NCBI RefSeq assembly: GCF_018977255.1
Contig: NW_024705326.1
Span: 1 to 54,317, forward strand
Reading direction: 5' to 3'
Origin: Callorhinchus milii
Taxonomy: Eukaryota
DNA length: 54,317 nucleotides
Positions 22,858 through 36,400 of this stretch are shown here, piece by piece (positions within the stretch are counted from its first letter, which is position 1; each line of letters opens with the position of its first letter). The notes beneath the pieces were generated by a model. That model made no database searches, had not been told where the DNA came from, and saw only the letters and a list, made by a program, of their open reading frames with translations. A program made the translations under genes and the position numbers.

Positions 22858-23354
22858 GGACTAAACTATGTACGTATATATACATATTAGTTTTTGTCTT
22901 TTTTCCATAATTTTATTTAAATAACCTTTTTTGCTGATTTCGAAAGTGTTACAAGAACATGACAGGTGACATGTTATCATGTAAAGCAACCATAAGCACA
23001 TGAAAAGACCTAGGTTTACAATATACATAAACGTAAAATGTAAAAACTTTTATATGTTGGGAACAGTAGCCAATCAGATGTTTTAATTGTCATATTTGAA
23101 TTCAGCACGTCAAAATCTATAATAAAGAGCACATTTAATCTCTGAAGCAGATTACATAAAAAAAATCGTAGACCAATGTTATCAATAACATTTTGCGGAT
23201 AAGAAGAGCCGCGTGGAATAATTATCCCATTATCTTTGATTGTCTGTGATTATTTCTCACAGATAAGCGGAGTAATTTTGTGGATAACTCCACAGATAAT
23301 ATGATCCATGGTGACGGTCTCCCCACATCACAACAAATGAGAGGAGATCATTGA

Positions 23355-23622
23355 TTTTTTTTTACCCTTTTATCTGGCAACAAAACTGACACCTTTTTTT
23401 TACAAGGAGTCATGTTTGCATTGACCACAATACCTGCAGTCGGAATGCAAACAAAAAACATAACTCTGATAATGTATGCACTGTCTTTGAAATTTACTGC
23501 AGGTATTGTGGTCAATGCAAACATGACTCCCTGAAAAAAAAGGTGTCAGTTTTGTTGCCAGATAAAAGGTAAAAAAGAAAACAATTATAATATTTTGCGA
23601 CTGGCAAATGAGGTTCCAATGG
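23355..23622. mobile_element. Second, internally deleted copy of the foldback element
   Basis: TTTACCCTTTTATCTGGCAACAAAACTGACACC...GGTGTCAGTTTTGTTGCCAGATAAAAGGTAAA plus the same one-sided tail TTGCGACTGGCAAATGAGGTTCCAATG. Confidence 0.82.
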
Positions 23623-24451
23623 TGTAAATGAGTCAGTTTTGTATGTTCACATTCGCGACTGTAGTTACTTAAGTTTTGTTCTGCGTCTTCATGCAACATG
23701 CTGTGGAAAATGGTGGAGTAGCGGCACACTGATTAGCGCGCTGCTACAAATCTGGCAAGCCGAGGTCAATTTCAAGGTGTGGGGAGGTCTTTATCCACAA
23801 GTGGATTGACGGAAGTTTCGTCACTAACTCTTATTGCTTTTGCGGAAACGTGCATGAAGAACAACGCGCTGGTAATTTCACAAGTTGGGGCAGGTTAACA
23901 TCAGCAGCATGACCTATATATTGTCAAATGATGGCTTACAGGCCTATGCCACTTTGCTTCATTATCATGTAGTTTGTGTCCCTGCTCTCTCCATCCGCAG
24001 CCTCACGGCTATCGAGAAACCCAGTGGCCTGCTGAGGATTGGGATGGCGAACATCTGCCTCGCCCGACACTTGAGCTCCTCTCAATGGGGAGCCCAGGCT
24101 GAGCACAGTCAATTTGCATTCGCGGCCACATTTACAGAAAACACCAAGGTGGCTAGGGATATCAGTGTCCCCCCGCATGTGGATGGGGAAACATAATTTA
24201 TGGATGGATTTAGGAAAAGTTACACTTCTGTAAGTGGCGTGTATACATTCGGTAAAACTGCAGCATGGTCGAGAAGGATCCATATGGATGACTCCTCTAA
24301 TTTCCCAAGGTCAGGTGGTTACATCATTAGCAGTGCTTTGTTTGAAGCATCTGCATGGCTCAAACGGCTCATGGCAGTTTCAGGGCACTTAGCCCTTGCA
24401 CCTATCATGCTGGGTTCAAATCATGGACTGGCCCCTTAAAATAAAGCGACG

Positions 24452-24481
24452 NNNNNNNNNNNNNNNNNNNNNNNNNNNNNN
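24452..24481. other. Sequence gap (30 N)
   Basis: Run of N. Confidence 0.99.
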
Positions 24482-27400
24482 AGGTGCTGACTTCTGGTTC
24501 ACCAGTGAGAAATCTGTAGTCGGGAGACCAGAGACGTTGGACACTTCCTGGCTCACGACCCGCTTTTCATGTGCCTAACGGAGTCCATACCTACTCCTAA
24601 ACTGCTTAACACAGCCGGACGCCCCAGTAGTAAAGAGATTCCAAGATGAAAAGATTGAACTAGGGATGTCAGGAGGATGCCATTCCGAGCCGCCACAGTA
24701 CACTTCGCAGTATGTTTATTACAATATATACTCAGCAGGACTTATTTCACCACACCGTTTTTGGTATATAGCAGGTTAGTAATTTCGGCAGCCTTAAAGG
24801 TGTCGATAGCTCCCTCTATGAAGTAAAGATTAACAGGCCTCGCTATCTATATGGCGAAAGCATCCCGCGCCGTAGGTATATGCCCTATTTCGGTAACCTT
24901 CCCCACATGGAAGAAGCAGCTTTCCCCAAACCTGGATGCGAGACTGATTCCTATCGGTGTACTTTTACCTCTAAGTTAATGCTCACCACCGCGGGCGGCT
25001 TATATACAGGAGTATACAATGTGTACATTTAATCTTAGCGCAACAAGGTCGGAGAATCTACATGTTTCGATCTATACTTACGCGCCACCAGAGATCTACC
25101 CACAATCAGTCTTGTTAGATAGTTTCAAGTGCTTCAGGTTTGATAGAACTATCTGGCCTTCATTGTACCTGCACCAGCAACGAACGATGATGGTGCAGGC
25201 GAAATTCCGAATTATGACTCTTGATAAGCGTAAAAATACTTCCGGCTAGAGTGTGTACTCCCATCTAGTCGGGTTTAGGTGAGGGCGCCCCCCAGGAGCC
25301 GCTGCTCGCGGCCGTTACCGTAGGATCCCGCACTCCATGGTGTTCGGGGGATTAATAAACAGGACATCGATTCTACTGGGTGTAGCTATGACCGGGATAT
25401 AAATGAGGGGTTAGAACCCCGGGCTATCTCTTAACACCGCGGGGATTATTGCGTTAGCTTCTGTGGTCGAGATGGGAAAGGTGGTTCACACGTTTCGGTA
25501 ACGTCAAATGGTGACCAAGCAGTTCAGAATTGCTCGCATCCAACCCGACCCGAGACCGTTAGGAGGCGTTAACCGTAGATCCACGTGTGCCCCGCTAAAT
25601 TCACACGAAGGAGCGCTTTCACGAACAGTATGTACAGACCTGATGCTCAAGATGGCTCAACGCGCGATCCGGCAGGAGTCTCAGTCAAAGAGGCGGATCT
25701 CGTAAGTCCTGCAGTAAGAGACAAAGTTAACAAAGCCGTACGTTAGTTCAATGTGATCTTTCACGACATCCGTCCAAAATTACACTGAGCCTGGAAGATG
25801 TCAAGAACGGGTGTCGATCGGGTGGGGTGCTTGCTATGAGACAGATGTCGGCATCGGAGTGAGGCCTATAGTGATCCTGTCGCGCGTCTGTTCTCTATCT
25901 AAGGTTGGATAATAGCTAATCTTAAAGAAACCAATTGTCAGGACGCCTTTGTCAATGATCCGTCTATTCGCACCAGCAGCCTAATTCTCACAGATTGCCG
26001 CGCGATATCAGATAGGCCTTCCATACCGAACCTATCGTCGCTACGTCCGATGTAGCTGCCTGCTTTGCCCCCCAGGCACGCACCAGAAGGGGATTATTCC
26101 AAGGCTTCGCTAGTCCCCTACAGTTCTGTCTAATGTCACCGGGTGTTTGTTACAATCACGTAGCCTGAATTGCTCAAGACAGGTGACCTATCGCGTGAAC
26201 TGGTGTTGTCATTTAGCAAAAACTTACGGTGGGTTAACCCCCTGATGTCGTGTGTGATACCAAAGATTATGGAATTTGTCTCTCATGTGCAGATCGTAGA
26301 TAAGGGGACGGCTCTCACCACAGCGGGCGAGGACCTAAACTCTGATTGAGAATCCTCGTCTATTGGTTTTCCAGGAATGGGACGACTACAGCCGAATTCT
26401 CCGTAATTCGCAAACGTTGAAGATTTCTCTCCGGTCTTGAAATCTTAACTGTGCACACAGCACTCGTAACGTTAGAGGCCGTGACTCAAGATATTTAACC
26501 GAACCCAACATTAATGGGTTAAGACAGGATGCATACTTAGTACTTTCTCCAGACCTTCCGAACCCCCCAGTAGACGACACGTAAATTCCACACACTTCAG
26601 ACTTGATAGCTCAGATCTAAACAGCTCGAAGGATTCCTGCGGGGAGACCATGCACCCGAGACCGTTCGATAGGTAATTCCCTAAGACTAGAGTGCTGTAG
26701 AATCACGAATTGGCGCGATATCCTTACTGTGCGCCGGTCCAAATGACTCACTAAATACTGTCCAATACTCGACGTGGTAATACTGGCCGCTCGAGTCTCA
26801 TTTAAGGTGGGCAAGCGAATTTATTAATAGCATGCAGAGATGCTTGGGAGGTTAACCGTCAGGCGCATAAAATTCACCAAGACCGAACGGGCGGCTTTTT
26901 TTGAGCGCCACTTTGACTGAGAAAGCTATGTTAGTGTGGATACTACGGGAGACGCCTAAAGGCAGATATAAGAAATGCCCGAGAGTCGTGGGCGGATTAT
27001 TTCTTAAATTCAGTTGATGCGAGTTAAACGGGTCTCACGTTTATACTCGTGAGATTGTACCGGTTACCGGTTCGGCGTCGCAGCTGGTCTTCGGCGGGTA
27101 GACTACTCTTTGGCGGCGGAATGGCCAGACGAAACGCACCTTATGTTAGTCGAAGTAGGACCAGACGGAAAACCTTCGCGTTGCTCCGATGGTCGGGTAC
27201 ATCAACTGAGAATTTCCCAAAAATCGGTGCTCTGGGTGAAAACCCGCTTACCCCTGAGGTAGTTAAGTACAGGCCGACTGGAAAAATATCCTAAAAAGTG
27301 GTAACACAACGTTAACAGCCGGCCCAGCTTCTGACAAGCCCAGTTAGATGGATGGTCTTGATTTCGGTGGGGCCTTATGACTAAAGGCGTACGTGCTAGG

Positions 27401-30400
27401 ATATTTTGTGTAAAACGTTATTCTGTATCGAGACTACAACATAAAGAGAATCGACGTTTCCCTAGCACCCTACCGAAGCCCTCCTGCTGCACATACTTTT
27501 AGGTTGCGCGGTTACGGCCGAGCGGTACGAGCTGACGGGAGTAGATGTGAGGCATGTTCATTAAGGTTAAATATGAGGCTCGTTAAGCTATATATAGTAG
27601 AAGCTTAGGTCCTAAAGAAAATCCGAAAACAACTCCGAGGTCGCCGATCGAGTCCCTGATACTCCAACGTGCCGCGGATCCAACTGTTCCATCGGATTGT
27701 TTCTACCGGTTTTAAAAAAATTAAAGACAATGGGCATTCATAAAATACAGGTGGACGGGATACTATCCAGGCGGGCATAACAGTCCGCTGGCGCGTTGAA
27801 GCGAGGTGACGAGCCCCGGACTCTAGAAGTCCTATCCTCTAGGTCGGTATGTCGACGTCCATTGATACGAGTGGGCCCAGCACCAGTCGAGAAAAGGCGA
27901 CAATGGTCTCGAGGATCTTTAGAACAATACGCTTGTCTAGCCACCCCGAGTCTGCATCGCTGCCGGAATAGCCATTTGGCGTGGTAGCCACTTGCTAGGT
28001 GGCAGGACTAGCCCTCCAGGCCGTGAGCTCAGATCCGACTCTCCGTGAGTTTAGTTAATGCTCCGGCTGTGATCTGGAGGACGCGTACAACAGAATCTTG
28101 CGCCGTCCGGCCCTGGAAGATGCGTCGCGCCGTCGGGCAATATCTGTGCGGATTTGAGTCACTTGAATTATCTTTTGACCGGCGTCTAATAGGCATTAGC
28201 ATCGATATCCAAAAGAAATCATAAGGTTGATGGGATGTCGTATCTGGACAGGTATCAGCGAAGGGATAGTGCACCCAATAAGCATTTCACCTTACTGTAC
28301 TCCACGTTGTAGATAGTGTTAGAGTGTCGGAACCTTCCGCTATTCAACTGGGTTCCCGACTCACAAGCCACACTGGTGACCAGCATACCCAGCCTCGACT
28401 GAAGATCTTAGGAAAGCCCAAACGCACTCATTTGAAGGGTTGGATCATAGCTCCATTATCATTTATCCATCAGAACCAAAAAGCCGGGGCAGGTCATCCG
28501 CCTCATGATCACACTGCACCCATAACCTCCATACTTTTCTTGATAATGCATTCTAAGCTGGAACCCGCGCGTTGTAGAAGGCCTTGAACATGAAAGCTAA
28601 GAATTCAGTGATACACTCTGATATCGAATTTTTCCGTAAGTCCCAAACTAGGTAGAGGTCTACCGCGACAAAGTTCCTAGCTGACGTGCTGGCTTTATGC
28701 AATCTCCATGGTCCGAACGCGTCCGCAAAGACATCCACCTCCTTCCTGGGGAGCTGTTTCGTTACACTCGTTTGGAGGGTGTCTTGGACGGGCTATACAG
28801 ATCGTGCGATTCTCAACACAAAGTCGCTGGATTGCTTGCTAAGCCGCACTTAAAATTCATATAGATCGTTAAAAATCCTATGATAATACGGCGCAAACGT
28901 GCACCTAGTAAAGATTCTATGAATTCTCTTAGTCTCTGGGCAAAGTAACGCTGTCTCAAATACAGCCAACAGTTACTATCGATATAAGAAGGGTAAATGT
29001 GCTGTCCGGCATAAACCGCACTCGCCCGATAAGCGACACCTTGTACTGGCAGAAAAAACGATAAGTGGTAACACCTGAGCCACGAGACTGCCGGCCATCT
29101 CGCACGCGTAAGTCGCCTTGGACTGTTAACCATCGGAAGTCCAGCTCGTGATACATAGGGACCTATTGATGCCTGAGATATATCATGGATATCTCCGGGT
29201 GTGACGCCAATGACTAATGATTCAACCGTAATTAATTCCCGACGAAGGAATCTTGCGCATGTAGCCTCACGCACCATCGTGCACAAACAAATAATCGGGC
29301 TAAGATAGCGACTATGGCGGGAATGCCATAGACCATAGCTTAGTTGCCTCATTCGCCTTTTCGTTCGCGAGACCCGATCCGACACGCATCGGGGGCTCAC
29401 CCTCACAGCTTGAAGAGTCGCAAGCATCGGCGAGGACTTCAGCTGTTACGGAGTAGTGGTAAACCTCAATATGAACAGAACAGTACTCTGTTGTCTCGTG
29501 GTTTGCCTACATTTCTAAGAATGGCGCGGTGCATGGCCTCATCCGAGGCAAAGAGTCCTGTAGCCCCCGGTTGAAATAATTCAGAGAGGACAGAACAGTG
29601 GAGGGGTTTCCAAGAGGAGATAAGAAGGCCCGTAAGGGGCCCAGCCCTGGTTCAGTGTGAAAAGCTGAGGATAAATATAACTTACACCGCCATGTCCCTC
29701 ATAACCCTTAGATAGGATTCGAGCCCGCGGAACAGTCTAAACGACGGTAGTACCAGGAGGCCCTGACAGAACCACGGGATACTTGCCCCACGACTGTATT
29801 ACTGAGTAACCATGCATACACGAGTGGATCCTTTGCTTTGATGATATTGCTGGGGTACAAGAGTAAAGCCCTGGCATACTCGATGCGCTAACCCATTTTG
29901 CAATACTTATGTATCATCAGGTCGTGTTGCTAAACTCCGACTTCTTCGTTAATGGCAATCATGGATAGGAGAGCAATAACAACCTTACACATCCTAGAGC
30001 CGCCTCGCCGATGTGTTAGTTGGTTGAGCGGAGTTTAAAGATTAGACCTCACTTGGGGGCTAAAAAGAGGATTTTGGCTATCCGAAGGAGGTATAGATAG
30101 ATCATTGTGTCGGTTCTAAGGCCATTGAGAGCGTAGCCGTGTTCCTTGCACGAGATATACAGTAGTAGTAAGCTTCGGCTATTCTCCAAGTGGCGAATTT
30201 ACTGCCCCACCTGGCCGAGTATTCGGCAACGGTGGGACCATCCAGTCACCATCCGGACACCACAGGACAGGACCGGATCGCCTGATGCTGGGGGTACGCC
30301 TCCCACTACACTAAGCGGAAGATATCCCCCTTAGGCATCGCGGGGTACGTTCAGACCAACACCATCCTATGCCAACAATTTTGTGAGACACCCACTTCCG

Positions 30401-33400
30401 ATTGGTATCTGGTTTATAGTTCCATCCTCTTCCATGGATCGGTGACGACCGTCGAATCTTGGCAAATACAGTTTGCTTCATGCAATATATTCGGAAACTC
30501 CCGCTGTCACACATGGACTTGCCACTGAAGACACAAGTGTGTAAGTGCCACGTTAGGTATGCATGCATCTAAACACCAAGGACCCGCGCACTGCTACGTG
30601 ACAATTTTACCTCTATCTAGGCCCCGCAACGAGGCAGCTTGTGGTAGAGTCCATCGCTTACCCATCCTGAATTGACATCCATATAGAGTTAATAAGTGGT
30701 TTATCTGTGTGAGAACTTTGATCGAATCAGAGAATAAGTCAATCCGGTAATACTAGACGTACGTCATTGTTCATGCCTAAAATCAAGGCGGTGTCAAACG
30801 GTGGTTGAGTGGTCTTTAATTTTCAAGCAAACTTCAAGTAACTATACTTGTCGACAATGCAAAGATTTGTGCAGCGTAGCTCGGCCGTTGACCTTTGGGT
30901 AGGATACACGCTATAGTATCCTGCTCGTCTAAGCGCTGCGCATGGTCCAATATTTCGGTGCACGAATACGTGTAAAAGGGTCTGTAGGAGATAAGAGAAG
31001 ATACAAACCTTTATTACCAGTTGTATCAACGTATTCGGGGCACTTTGCTAGACAGATAGCCTGCCTTCTAATACTATTACAAGCGGTCAAGTTTAGTGCC
31101 TAAAGGATCTGCGTGTACGAGCTGACTCGGCCCATCGAAATCTGAGAGCGTGTATATTTTATAAACAAGTACCGTAATCGGTGTGCCTTTAAGATGGTCA
31201 AGGTAACTCCCAAGTTTAGGGTTGTCGCGTGCCCGGACTCCATATGATGTGCAATCCGGAGGTACTTTTTCCTGTCAATTTGTAAGGGAGTAAGGCGGTG
31301 TGACGAGCAATCATCCAATGGTTTCGGCAGACGACCCCTACGACGAGCCCCCTAGGAAAATACGTTTCAAATCGAGAACGACCGCCGTCCTCCAATCCAC
31401 TTTTTGTTTTAGCGTAAAGCTACAAAAATCATCCGGTGGTGAGGACTGATTATTAGAACAACCATTCCGGAATTCCATATCCGGCCAGTTTACGAGCACA
31501 AGAACTTGTAACTAATCCCTCACTTGGACTTGAGCTGGCCTGGGTCTGACACTCAGTAGGACTGACATCGATGTACGTTGGGTTACCGTTTAACAGGGAG
31601 GACTTCCTGCCAGAAAAGGTATGTGCAATCACAACTCAAACGATACGGGGACGATGTCCGCTATCCGCAAAGCCGTTGAATGGCATCCACTCGTTCGTTG
31701 CGCAGATTAACACTCGATGAATATGATACACAGGTATTATACGGGAACACGTAACGAGGACACGATCATGATCAACTTGTCAGATTAGTCCATTGGGGGG
31801 TTATGTGCCACGGTAACTATATCAGGGGGGAAGTGGCAACTTGAGGTACTTGCTCAAGTCACCAGCGTTGCAATTCCATAGTAAATTACCCTGCTACACA
31901 GACCCACCGGTAGTAGTATAAAAGGAGACTCGCGTAGCAATGTGGTCGTACCAGCATGCACCAATGTGTATACCAAATTTAGTAGTCAGCCTGGATAGCG
32001 GCTTCACAGCGGCCGAAGCGTAAACTGCGACTGAGTGTCCAATATTACTTGAGAAGCGGTAGATAACGGCCCCGAGGAAATTCGGGTACTGGCGGACCCT
32101 TAAACGCACTCTCGATACTGTGGAGGAAACCGGGGCGGTAGATTTCCGATTAACAACCACGAAAGTCAACCAGCGGGGCCCGACCCCCCCGAATAATGAT
32201 TTGCTTTCGAAACGGAGCCTGATCTCCGAACCGGAGCGAGGTCGAAAGTGAGCAACTCCTGAAGAGGGTAAGACTAGGACAATAAAATAGGAGTGTCACC
32301 GCAGCTGTCATTAGCAGGTGTCCTCACAACACGCAGAGGGTGCGAGCACAATCTCATAGTGGTGTCTTTCTTTGCCTGAGATTGAGTCATTCGGGTGAGG
32401 TATGCCTACGTGCACTTCATAGTAGCACGCTGTCGGCCATTTGGTCCAAAGCCAGACAGGCGTCACCTGGTTGCATCCACCTGTCAAGTTAAATGCTTTG
32501 CCGAGTGCGCCGCTCTCACGACATTGCGTGCTGGCCTGAGCATGCAAATCTTTGCTGATTTGGGGCTGATATTGAGCAGCATGATCACTCCTCGCCTGGT
32601 GAATTAACGATGAATACAGTTTACTATATCCAGTTGCTAAGGTATTAATAAAGTCGCGATAGTGCATGGTGCTTTATTGAGTTTGGAAACCTCATAGGAT
32701 AAGTGTAAGTCGCGTCATAAGTCGCACAATATGCCCTCGATCTTTGGGGTGGTATCACGCCCTATCTCATGCTCAGACATTCGGCCGGTGATATAATTAC
32801 GGATATTGGTCATATCCTCTAGAAGTACGTACTTGGGCGATCGAATAATAATGTACCTCAACTCCACTGCTGCACTTGCTTATCTGATGTTGAGGCATGG
32901 GATGAGCAGTTGACTTAGCGGTCGGGACTAATAGGACTTACCTGGTCAGCACTCGTACGTCGGGTCTGCAACCCAATCTCGCCGGTAAACCCTATGAAGT
33001 TAATCATGATGTTAAGGGGGGCATGACTTACATACTCCGGCGCAGTTAGCCGGAGAAAGCGGAGTAAACTATATCGCTAATTTCTTACTGAATAGTGACA
33101 AGCCTTTCAACTTAATCAGCTGCGTCCTGATATGAAACGGGTGCTAGACCTGTGTGGTACCTACCGTTGCGTCAATAGTATCTTCCCTATATTCAGATGT
33201 TACTGTGCCACTTGCCGCTTTTGTGGATAAGCATAGGGTGCTTCACGAGTTATAACCGCGCCCCGCGAGTATGGGAGTCGAGGCCCCTAACTGCGGAGTT
33301 CCCTAAGCGTCCCTTTCGAGTTACAATCTATTAAGGGTTCCACATGGAAAGCAGTGATATCTGCCTTGACCAATGCAGATGAAAACTATGGCGAATGATA

Positions 33401-36400
33401 GGATAATAGCTAGTGGCACGATCACATCGTGGCCCGGAATCAGTCGAATGAGAGCGTTTATAATAACCTTCCTCGAGCATAGCGATCTGTTAAGCCGAAT
33501 AGCCGACAGATTTAATTGGGTACTTACTCGTTGGGACCAGGGGGGTCAATCTTCATATTAGTATTACGAGCATCGATACAATATGAAGAGGCTGGGTGGC
33601 GATTCAAACTTTCAACATGGCGCCTGTTAAGTTACTATCAGAACCTTTTCCCTCGCCTGTGACATTCCAGGGCCCGGCCACGGCCAAGGTTGAACAAACT
33701 ATATGTTTCAGAGGTGGACGAGCCTCAAGAGGAATTGCTCGGGTTGAGAAAGTATGATGTACTGCTTATGAGACTCTTTTTTTTATTAATGCAGATCGTA
33801 AGCTTCGCCAAGATCCAGGCGTGAAGTTCAGCATGGGGCCAGGCCCTCTAAGGCGATAACCGCAAAGACAGTCCTTAATCGATGCACGACCGTCAGGCTT
33901 GGTGGGGCCACTACAGGACGTGTCATGTGCGGTACGTCTCTGGAGACGAACATAAACGATCTGATGAGTGGGCGAAGAGAACAAAGCAACCATAGTGGCA
34001 TAAAAGTGATTACATTAGCCGTAAACTCGGATGCGACCCCTAACATTGACGGTTGCCCATTGGACAACGGGGAGCATTGACAATTAGCTGCACGCTTCCT
34101 TTTAGGCCGTAATCAGGGTGGGCAATAACAGCCAAAGTCCTGGCGTGTAAGTGGTATATCGCAATGTCAGCTGGCGTGATATTGTGCGCTATAGGGAGTT
34201 AGCCCCTAGGAGCCAAGAGCCGGGCAGGGGCGCGTCACGCTTGGGGTGGGCGAGAGAAAAACTCCGGATGCAAAATTGGGCGCACGCAGACCGATCCTGT
34301 GAGTCGCTTGCGAATTTCTGGACCGTAAAGCTATTGAAATGCACAGCGGAGGAATTACACCTTAGACTGGAAACAAATTCAAAGGTATTTGCCCGTAGAA
34401 ACTCTTTCCACAACACATTACTAGCCCTCAAGGACCGTGTAAACGACTAGCTACCCATTACAGTTAGGGCCGATAACAGGGTGCCTACTTCAGTGCTACA
34501 GAGACGGGCCGACACATCGGGATAAAGCAACAACCAGCGCCTTATAATGCCTATCGGCATCTATAAAGTTTACGAGGGTATATAGCACTCGTTTAAGGGG
34601 GATCTTTACACAACCCGTGGTCTGAAGAGAAGGCTTGTAATAAGGACCCTTTGCGATCCGACTGAACGGGACCCCAGACTACTGGACTCATTAGTTCATG
34701 AATATTTACCCCCTTAAATCACAGTGCACTAGAATGCAGGAACTCAACGACTCGGGATTGGGAAGATAGCGTGGGGAAGAACAGGACACGGGTTCCTTAG
34801 TGAGTTTGGTTCGACGTTGTGGCCGATTGAGTACCCATTTGCTGGGTTTCTGATATTAAGGTGTTCGATGATAGGTGGAATCCTGTCAGTTGACTCAGAC
34901 GATGATCGACATCGTCGGTCATACTTATGCGAATTCCCGAGAGGAATACTAGGTTGTTGATAGTCGCCGTCCTTTAATGCCGTGAAAAGACGGCTATAGT
35001 TGCTTGGTAGCGCGTGCACATCGCCTCACTAGTGATGGTTATGAAAACAATAGTACCCGTACTCATGTAGCTCGTGTCTTTACATTGCAGTGGTTAGACA
35101 CCGCCGACAGAGGTTACCGTCCGTAGTACTATGCGAACCACTCTAAAAGAAAGGAGCGCTATCCGCGTATTGGAGGGGAGTGTCCCGTGTACCTGGGATC
35201 GTGGCCCCTGCGCATTTTCCGTAGATCAGCCAGTTAGGGGTAACCAGAGAGTCGACATGACAGATCACTCGCGACCCCCCTCGTAAACTCTTTTTTCCTT
35301 CCCTTCGGACCCGAGACTAGACTGTGCTTAGTCACGCTAGATGACAGTCTTTCCGTTGGGTGCGAATGGAGCCCTGACTTCTCCCTTAATCGGACAGCGC
35401 TCGCCACCTCGGTGATCCCAGCCTGTTTGCTACGTCATGAGTTGGGGTGGAACACGGAACTTAGACCATCTCTCTAGACGAACGTCTTGTAAAACTTCCA
35501 TTTCCGAGTATGTGTTTCCGATACCTGCGCGGGGTACTATCAGGGCTACTATTCATTATAATTAGTTCGATGATTCTGGACAAAGAGGCTGACTTCAGGA
35601 CACTTGCGAGCTAACTGCGTCGCACTGTCGCTGACACCCTGGCCAACAGTCTTTCAAGTCAGCAGCACGTCATAGACGTGACTGATTTTGCCGAGGCTGC
35701 CACCCATCTAGGGGGAGGTGACTTCTTGCGTTGCCCAGTACCAATAATCTAGATAAGGCAAGTAGAGGTTGATTATCACCCCCAATGAGGCGTGATCTCA
35801 CTTGGTCGCTATCAGGGTAAAATACTCTGCGCGAAATACCGAAAGTGGTGAAGAATGAGTCGGATACTCAAGAGCAGACCAATAGAAGCTGGAATTTTGT
35901 GAAGTCGTCGCTGTCTGATATCCATCGCATTGCGAATAATGATTTCGACGCATGCGCTTACCAGACGGTCTGTGTAGCAGTCTACTTGTGCGGCATTTAA
36001 TAACCTGCGACTAATCACACAGCCGGAGTCCTCACACCCAGAGACGATCAGAATGGCTGCAACAAAAAAATGTATCCTTAGCACCTACGCGTAAACTATT
36101 TTACGAAGTCCCCTGCCCCGTTCTTCATCACCCCAAGATGCATTACGTTATATACCTCTGAAAGAGGTGTTCCGAAGGATCCGAAATCAGTCCAACGTAA
36201 TGCCCCGAACCTCTGGGACTTCAGAGGTAAAATATAATGGGGTTTATCGGTATCACATCCTACAGTCGTGGCCAATAGTTCAGCGGGGCCACAAAGAACC
36301 AGAGGCAGTTGGCGCTCAAGGGGGAAGGACAGAGTCGGGGGACTCTAATATGCGGCCCATGCGGTCCTGCAGCTTTGACGTTAGCTTTTATCAAGCAGTC

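Larger units (their letters stand above)
21658..23179 (+). mobile_element. Chapaev3-type (CMC superfamily) DNA transposon, internally deleted
   Basis: TIRs CACTGGTCTAC (21658) / GTAGACCAATG (ends 23179), 3-bp TSD TTA on both sides, transposase C-terminal remnant inside. Confidence 0.8.

Noticed and set aside
23700..24451. Possible decayed LINE ORF2 fragment
   Set aside because: Only vague motif resemblance with stops in all frames; needs BLASTX to call.
28813..29427. 204-aa ORF, the longest in the central block (also 45227-45709, 41919-42356)
   Set aside because: No recognisable motif, Arg/Ser/Leu-rich composition typical of random translation, and lengths compatible with chance in 25 kb over six frames.
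31536..31546. TGGCCTGGG word matching the 25-bp satellite inside the central block
   Set aside because: A single short match is compatible with chance.
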